A program made the translations under genes and the position numbers. This document shows, piece after piece, positions 27,081 to 32,000 of a stretch of DNA of 32,000 bases. The notes under the pieces are model-generated. The model was not told the DNA's origin. It made no database searches and was given only the letters and a program-made list of their open reading frames with translations. This stretch comes from Corynebacterium glutamicum ATCC 13032 (lineage in GTDB: Bacteria > Actinomycetota > Actinomycetes > Mycobacteriales > Mycobacteriaceae): assembly GCF_000011325.1 (NCBI RefSeq), contig NC_003450.3:990001-1022000 (forward strand), written 5' to 3'. Each line of letters opens with the position of its first letter. The stretch's first letter is position 1.

Positions 27081-27124
27081 CTGAACGTAGTAGCCTCCTT
27101 GAGATTGTATTTAAGGAGGCTATT
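27081..27124 (+). terminator. rho-independent terminator after the cargo gene pair
   Basis: A 10-bp stem tagcctcctt / aaggaggcta with a 12-nt loop, followed by ttgtgttttttc. A second hairpin, gtctccgact/agtcggagac, lies at 27132-27158. Confidence 0.7.
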
Positions 27125-27189
27125 GTGTTTTTTCGGTAAAGGTCTCCGACTGAGCTATAGTCGGAGACTATTTCAATATCACCCCAGAG

Positions 27190-27233
27190 GGTGCTGTTGC
27201 AACTTGGCTCCCGCCCCAAGTTGCAACAGCACC
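27190..27233. mobile_element. 44-bp collapsed IS6 copy (terminal inverted repeats only, perfect 18-bp-arm palindrome)
   Basis: Sequence ggtgctgttgcaacttggctcccgccccaagttgcaacagcacc. Bases 27203-27233 are an exact reverse complement of IS bases 25066-25096 (31/31). The first 13 bp equal the shared IR core. Confidence 0.85.
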
Positions 27234-27241
27234 GAGCGTTT
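27234..27241. repeat. 8-bp target-site duplication gagcgttt (right copy)
   Basis: Identical to 25058-25065 and directly abuts the outer end of the IS remnant. Confidence 0.75.
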
Positions 27242-27270
27242 ACTGTATCTCTGATGCAGAAAAGTGGAAT

Positions 27271-27870
27271 TTAGAGCCATTTGAAATAGATGATCATTTC
27301 ACCGCAGTATCTGGTGTCTTGATCAGTCCACACCTCGACCAAATCTTGTGAGTCGTCGTCATTTTCTGGTCGGTTAATAAAAATCTCTGCGGAGAAATCT
27401 CCATCCTCCTTAATATGTTCTGGAGTAAAATAGAATTTGCTAACGATTTCTCTATTCTGAAATTTCGTGATGCGGTTTCTAATATCGGCTGACCAAAGAC
27501 CATCCACATAGGAAACCAAGAAGTCGGGGCCACTTTCCGGATCGAAGCCCTTCGACCAGACCGTCACAGTCGCGTCAATGCCATGTTCAGTTTCTGTGAA
27601 ATGTTGTTTATGCACGTCCGGTTGTGGAAAGAGGCTTTTCTTGATCAAGCGTTCATTCCATCCCAGTTTGATGTTTTTCACAAAGGCATCAGTATCGATA
27701 TCAGTGAGGTCGTAGAATTTTTCTTCGTGAACAGCAGTGATATCCTTCGCGACGTCTCTAAGCTGCAAACGTGCAATCATTAATGGCACCTCTAGCGTGA
27801 GGTTTTGCTCGTCGATCCACTCCTGAATGCACACCTCTACAGCAAGGACTCTGTCAAACTTGTCAGTCAT
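27271..27870 (-). CDS. acidic cytoplasmic hypothetical protein (199 aa)
   Basis: ATG with RBS aagga about 9 nt upstream. AT-rich, D/E-rich, with no TM segment or signal peptide. No family recognised. Confidence 0.6.
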   Translation of the reverse strand: MTDKFDRVLAVEVCIQEWIDEQNLTLEVPLMIARLQLRDVAKDITAVHEEKFYDLTDIDTDAFVKNIKLGWNERLIKKSLFPQPDVHKQHFTETEHGIDATVTVWSKGFDPESGPDFLVSYVDGLWSADIRNRITKFQNREIVSKFYFTPEHIKEDGDFSAEIFINRPENDDDSQDLVEVWTDQDTRYCGEMIIYFKWL

Positions 27871-28190
27871 ATCCTATTTTCCTTAAATTGCGGGGATAGC
27901 TGAGGCTGAAGTTATTTCAGTTTTGCTTCTCTCTGAGAGGATAGTGGGACTAACCAGCCTTGGGGAGGCTTGGTGAATTTAGGGTTTAGCGGCAGAGCGT
28001 GAAATCTCTGAGATCAAGTTACTTCGGGAACAAACTGCGCGGCAGCATCGATACATTGTTGAAGTCACTCAGCAGATCCGTGTGTGGGAAATTGACGCTA
28101 CAGATCGTGGACACGATTTTCCACCACCGAAATTTGAAACGTTTTCTGAATTGAGTACGCGAATCTACGGCAGCAGGTTAAGGCAGTATC

Positions 28191-28244
28191 AAAGAAAACG
28201 AAAACCCCCGCTCATTAGCACTGAAAGTGCTGGTGAACGGGGGG
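28191..28244 (-). terminator. rho-independent terminator downstream of tRNA-Gln
   Basis: On the minus strand, ccccccg...cggggg encloses an inner agcact/agtgct hairpin and is followed by ttttcgttttcttt. Confidence 0.7.
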
Positions 28245-28253
28245 TTCTACTTG

Positions 28254-28325
28254 CTTCCCCACCAGGACTCGAACCTAGAATGACGGTACCAAAAACCGTA
28301 GTGTTGCCGATTACACCATGGGGAA
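28254..28325 (-). tRNA. tRNA-Gln (anticodon UUG)
   Basis: Manual cloverleaf: acceptor TTCCCCA/TGGGGAA (U1:A72), D arm GTGT..ACAC, anticodon arm ACGGT-TTTTGGT-ACCGT, T arm CTAGG-TTCGAGT-CCTGG, discriminator G. CCA is not encoded. 72 nt. Confidence 0.9.
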
Positions 28326-28415
28326 CTGCAGTAATTAACTGCACCGCTAGAGTTTACATCATTGTCTTAGAAAACCAATTATTGGGGTCCGCTTAGCTGA
28401 GATACTCTGGATGAC

Positions 28416-29069
28416 ATGGTTCGACAGCGGATGACCGGCAAGGAACGTCGGGAGCAATTAATCTCTATTGGGCGTGCGGTTTTCGCTGAGCGCGGTTTCG
28501 ACGGCGCGAGTGTGGAGGAGATTGCGGCGCGTGCGAATGTGTCTAAGCCGGTGGTGTATGAGCATTTCGGTGGCAAAGAGGGCTTGTATGCGGTGGTGAT
28601 TGATCGTGAGATGGTCAAGCTGGAGGCGATGATCACGGGGTCGTTGCAGCATGGTCGTTCGCGTTATCGCATTGAGCAGGCGGTTCTTGCGTTGTTGACG
28701 TATGTCGAAGATGAGACGGATGGCTTTTTGATTTTGGTGCGCGATATGCGGCCCGGTGAGCGCCGGTCGTATGGCACTTTGCTTAACGACGCCACGACGC
28801 AGGTGTCGCACATCCTCGGCAATGCCTTCACCCGATCTGGGCTCAACGCTGAGTACGCGAATCTTTATGGTCAGGCGTTGGTGGGCATGGTGTCGATGAC
28901 GGCGCAATGGTGGTTGGATGAGCGCACTCCGCCGAAGGAAGAAGTTGCCGCACATATTGTTAATCTTTGTTGGAATGGTTTGACGGGGATGGAAGCCGAT
29001 CCGAAGTTAACTCCCATCAGTTCTGCTGAGGGTGCGATTTTTGGTCAAGAAAAGGAGAGTGAAGCGTGA
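28416..29069 (+). CDS. TetR family transcriptional regulator
   Basis: N-terminal [35 protein letters not shown]. 217 aa. ATG 28431 is an alternative start. Confidence 0.9.
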   Translation: MVRQRMTGKERREQLISIGRAVFAERGFDGASVEEIAARANVSKPVVYEHFGGKEGLYAVVIDREMVKLEAMITGSLQHGRSRYRIEQAVLALLTYVEDETDGFLILVRDMRPGERRSYGTLLNDATTQVSHILGNAFTRSGLNAEYANLYGQALVGMVSMTAQWWLDERTPPKEEVAAHIVNLCWNGLTGMEADPKLTPISSAEGAIFGQEKESEA

Positions 29070-32000
29070 CACCTATGCTCGCGGGGCTGTTGAAGGTCGC
29101 TGCAACCGACCCCAAGTTGAAGGGGTTGATGTCGAATGTGGGGCAGCAGCATCTGCATATCACTGGCATTGATCAGGCTCGTCCGTGGGCGATTGGTGCG
29201 TTGGCGCATCATGCTCCGGTGTTGGTGGTGACTGCTACTGGCCGTGAGGCTGAGGATCTCACGGCTGAGTTGAAGGCGATGATGGGCGATAAGGTGGCGT
29301 GGCTTCCGTCGTGGGAGACTCTGCCACATGAGCGATTGAGTCCGGGTGTGGACATTGTGGGCAAGCGTGCTCAGGTGCTCAATCATCTAGGCGACCTCAA
29401 AGTCGTGGTGGCTGCTGCGCGTGCGTTTTGCCAGCCGGTACTCAAAGATGCTGAAGGTCGTGCACCCCTCACTCTTAAAGAAGGCGCGGAGTTTGATTTC
29501 TCTGCCCTGACCACTGAGCTGGTTTTCCGTGCGTACAAGCATGTCGATATGGTGGCCAAGCGCGGTGAGTTTGCTACCCGCGGTGGCATTTTGGATATTT
29601 TCCCCACCACATTGGATTATCCGGTGCGTGTGGAGTTCTGGGGCGATGAAGTCTCTGACATTAGGCAGTTCTCTGTCGCCGATCAGCGCACCATTCCAGA
29701 AATCACCATCAAGAGCATTGAGATTTTCCCGGCACGGGAATTGCTCATTACTGAAGAAGTGGCATCGCGTGCGGAGTCTCTTATTTCTAAGCACCCGGGC
29801 AACCCGACGCTTGTGGAGATGCTGTCGAGGATTGCGGATTCCCAAGATGTTGATGGCATGGAGGCGTTGATTCCGGCGCTGACGGATACGCCGATGGTTC
29901 CGATGCTGGAGCTCATGCCGGAAAACACCCATGTGTTGGTGATTGCTCCGGAGAAGGTGCGCCGACGCATTGCGGATCTGGAAGCAACCGATGCTGAGTT
30001 TTTGATGGCTGGTTGGGAAGCAGCTGCGATGGGTGCTGATGGTCCAGTGGCTGCGGAAGGCCTGGACTTGGAAGCTTCTAGCTATCGCAGTTATGAAAGT
30101 TTGGAGGTTTCTGCGTCGAAAAGCGATGTGCGTTGGTGGACTTTCGCGCCGCCGGGCATGTTTGAGGCCTCGGAGGAGGCGACGCTGCCGCTTGATTTTG
30201 AAGCCGGGCCGGCGCCGCGCGGTGAGCTGCCGAAGATCGATGCGATGATGGCGCAGCTGCTTGCGCACACAACCGGCGGTGGGCGGGCTGCGTTTATCGC
30301 GCCGACCCAAGGTGCGATTAAGCGCATGGTCGATCGTTTCGCGGAAAAGGGCATTCCCACCCATGTGGCGACCCCGGGTTGGGAGCCAACGCCTGGTCAA
30401 GTGACTCTTTATCATGCGCTGAGCCATGCTGGCCTGGTGTTTCCGAAGGTGCGTAAACACCGCGATGGCGCTGCAATGCCGTTGGTGGTTATTACAGAAA
30501 CCGATCTGACTGGTAACCGTGTTGGCGATATTGCAGGGGCGAAACGTCGACCTGCAAAACGCCGCAACAAGGTGGATCCTTTGGCGCTGGAGCCAGGGGA
30601 TTTGGTGGTTCATGAAACCCACGGCATTGGTCGTTTTGTGAAGATGACTGAACGAACCATTTCTGCGGGTGATGAGACCTCGCGCCGTGAATACATTGTG
30701 CTGGAGTACGCGCCATCTAAGCGCGGACAGCCCGGCGATCAGCTGTATGTGCCGATGGATGCGCTGGATATGCTCAGCCGCTACGTCGGTGGCGAGAAGC
30801 CGACGCTGTCCAAAATGGGTGGTTCTGACTGGAAGAACGCCAAGAAGAAGGCTCGCGCTGCCGTGCGTGAAATCGCCGGTGAGCTGGTAGAACTCTACGC
30901 TAAGCGCCAATCCGCGCCGGGTCACCCGTTTGCGCCGGATACGCCGTGGCAAAAAGAGATGGAAGATAACTTCCCCTACGTTGAGACCGAAGACCAGATG
31001 TTGGCGATCGATGCGGTCAAGGAGGACATGGAGAAAAGTGTCCCCATGGACCGCGTCATCATCGGCGATGTGGGTTATGGCAAGACGGAAGTGGCGGTGC
31101 GCGCGGCGTTCAAGGCTGTGCAAGACGGCAAGCAGGTAGCCGTTCTGGTGCCCACCACGTTGCTTGCGCAGCAGCACCAGTCCACGTTTGAAGAGCGTAT
31201 GACTGGTTTCCCTGTCACCATCAAGGGATTGTCACGCTTTACTTCGCCTGCGGAATCGCGGGAGATTCTCTCCGGTTTGGCTGCAGGATCGGTGGATATC
31301 GTCATCGGTACTCACCGTTTGCTGCAGACTGGCGTGCAGTGGAAAAACCTAGGGCTTGTCATTGTGGATGAGGAGCAGCGTTTCGGCGTGGAACATAAGG
31401 AGCACATCAAGGCTCTGCGTACTCACGTGGATGTGCTGACCATGTCCGCGACCCCGATTCCGCGCACCCTGGAAATGTCCATGGCCGGTATCCGTGAGAT
31501 GACCACCATGCTCACCCCGCCGGAAGATCGCCACCCAATTCTTACCTATGTGGGACCGTATGAAGACAAGCAGGTCGCGGCATCAATTCGCCGTGAGCTG
31601 CTGCGCGATGGCCAGGTCTTTTTCATCCACAACAAGGTGGCAGATATTGAGAAGAAGGCCCGCGAGATCCGCGATCTAGTTCCCGAAGCCCGAGTGGTCG
31701 TTGCCCACGGCCAGATGAGTGAAGAGCTGCTGGAACAAACCGTTCAAGGTTTCTGGGACCGCGAATACGATGTGCTGGTGTGTACCACCATCGTGGAAAC
31801 TGGTCTGGATATTTCCAACGCCAACACGCTTATCGTGGAAAATGCCCACCACATGGGCTTGTCTCAGCTGCACCAGCTGCGTGGCCGCGTGGGTCGTTCC
31901 CGTGAGCGCGGTTACGCCTACTTCCTGTATCCAAAGGGCGCGACACTGACTGAAATGTCCTACGACCGCCTGGCAACGATTGCCCAAAACAATGATTTGG
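29066..32000 (+). CDS. mfd: transcription-repair coupling factor (3' end outside the window)
   Basis: This ORF is not in the ORF track because it has no stop in the window. GTG 29066 is preceded by RBS aaaggagag and overlaps the TetR stop (GTGA). Hand translation of the first ~115 codons from 29066 gives the N-terminal region [14 protein letters not shown]...[11 protein letters not shown]. Reading selected stretches in frame 29066 shows helicase motifs [11 protein letters not shown] (~31067-31099) and DEEQRFGV (~31367-31390) further downstream; I did not translate the whole frame. Confidence 0.93.
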   Translation, partial: MTPMLAGLLKVAATDPKLKGLMSNVGQQHLHITGIDQARPWAIGALAHHAPVLVVTATGREAEDLTAELKAMMGDKVAWLPSWETLPHERLSPGVDIVGKRAQVLNHLGDLKVVVAAARAFCQPVLKDAEGRAPLTLKEGAEFDFSALTTELVFRAYKHVDMVAKRGEFATRGGILDIFPTTLDYPVRVEFWGDEVSDIRQFSVADQRTIPEITIKSIEIFPARELLITEEVASRAESLISKHPGNPTLVEMLSRIADSQDVDGMEALIPALTDTPMVPMLELMPENTHVLVIAPEKVRRRIADLEATDAEFLMAGWEAAAMGADGPVAAEGLDLEASSYRSYESLEVSASKSDVRWWTFAPPGMFEASEEATLPLDFEAGPAPRGELPKIDAMMAQLLAHTTGGGRAAFIAPTQGAIKRMVDRFAEKGIPTHVATPGWEPTPGQVTLYHALSHAGLVFPKVRKHRDGAAMPLVVITETDLTGNRVGDIAGAKRRPAKRRNKVDPLALEPGDLVVHETHGIGRFVKMTERTISAGDETSRREYIVLEYAPSKRGQPGDQLYVPMDALDMLSRYVGGEKPTLSKMGGSDWKNAKKKARAAVREIAGELVELYAKRQSAPGHPFAPDTPWQKEMEDNFPYVETEDQMLAIDAVKEDMEKSVPMDRVIIGDVGYGKTEVAVRAAFKAVQDGKQVAVLVPTTLLAQQHQSTFEERMTGFPVTIKGLSRFTSPAESREILSGLAAGSVDIVIGTHRLLQTGVQWKNLGLVIVDEEQRFGVEHKEHIKALRTHVDVLTMSATPIPRTLEMSMAGIREMTTMLTPPEDRHPILTYVGPYEDKQVAASIRRELLRDGQVFFIHNKVADIEKKAREIRDLVPEARVVVAHGQMSEELLEQTVQGFWDREYDVLVCTTIVETGLDISNANTLIVENAHHMGLSQLHQLRGRVGRSRERGYAYFLYPKGATLTEMSYDRLATIAQNNDL

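Noticed and set aside
24862-28140. Possible att-like repeats of the tRNA-Gln 3' end (ggttcg core near 24866; ttccaccaccgaaatttgaaac near 28118)
   Set aside because: Only 6-9 scattered matching bases, with one copy in the wrong orientation. This is not convincing as an integration-site duplication.
28082-28396. 104-aa + strand ORF
   Set aside because: It runs straight through the tRNA-Gln gene and its terminator, and its GTG start has no RBS. Only the upstream part of this frame (27983-28200) might be a gene remnant.
29387-31177. 596-aa ORF on the minus strand, the longest minus-strand ORF the track reports in this region
   Set aside because: It lies entirely antisense to mfd. Its translation is an Arg/His/Leu-rich low-complexity string typical of shadow frames in GC-rich genes. 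The + strand frame encodes clear Mfd motifs.
1-32000. Search for CRISPR arrays, rRNA genes, prophage structural genes or known defence-system genes
   Set aside because: No regularly spaced direct repeats, no rRNA-like sequence, and no recognisable defence or phage proteins in any frame.

Overview
This window looks like a high-GC actinobacterial chromosome. Gene order and protein sequences match what I recall of the Corynebacterium glutamicum urtDE - pth2 - gapB(gapX) - pth1 - rplY - prs - glmU ... ggt ... tRNA-Gln - TetR - mfd region. That attribution is from memory, not from a search. Most of the window is ordinary, densely packed core genes. They include two ABC ATPases, two peptidyl-tRNA hydrolase paralogs, a nitronate monooxygenase, a 480-aa GAPDH, L25/Ctc, PRPP synthetase, GlmU, an MFS transporter, a Tat-lipoprotein multicopper oxidase, an ABC-2 exporter with an adjacent DesK/NarL-type two-component system, a YihY-family membrane protein, a heterodimeric ABC exporter, gamma-glutamyltranspeptidase, a TetR regulator and the 5' part of mfd. 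The unusual part is a visibly AT-rich islet at about 24.9-28.25 kb that abuts a tRNA-Gln(UUG). Inside it is an 841-bp IS6-family element, then 1.28 kb of cargo, then a 44-bp palindrome that is a collapsed second IS copy. The whole unit is bracketed by a perfect 8-bp direct repeat (gagcgttt), which is the signature of a composite transposon. Its cargo is an overlapping two-gene module of unknown function: a 5'-truncated ORF plus a small acidic ORF. A further acidic orphan ORF lies next to it. This is my best candidate for an undescribed system, possibly a toxin/immunity-like pair, but the function is not established. Other points worth a second look:
- A heterodimeric ABC exporter in which one ATP site has been lost from both subunits.
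- A 44-codon Trp-rich hydrophobic ORF with codon usage typical of highly expressed genes.
- A perfect TGTGA-N6-TCACA (CRP/GlxR-type) site.
- A 16-bp perfect palindrome upstream of the ABC-2/two-component operon.
- Four convergent gene pairs whose stop codons overlap or abut.
I saw no CRISPR array and no rRNA genes.
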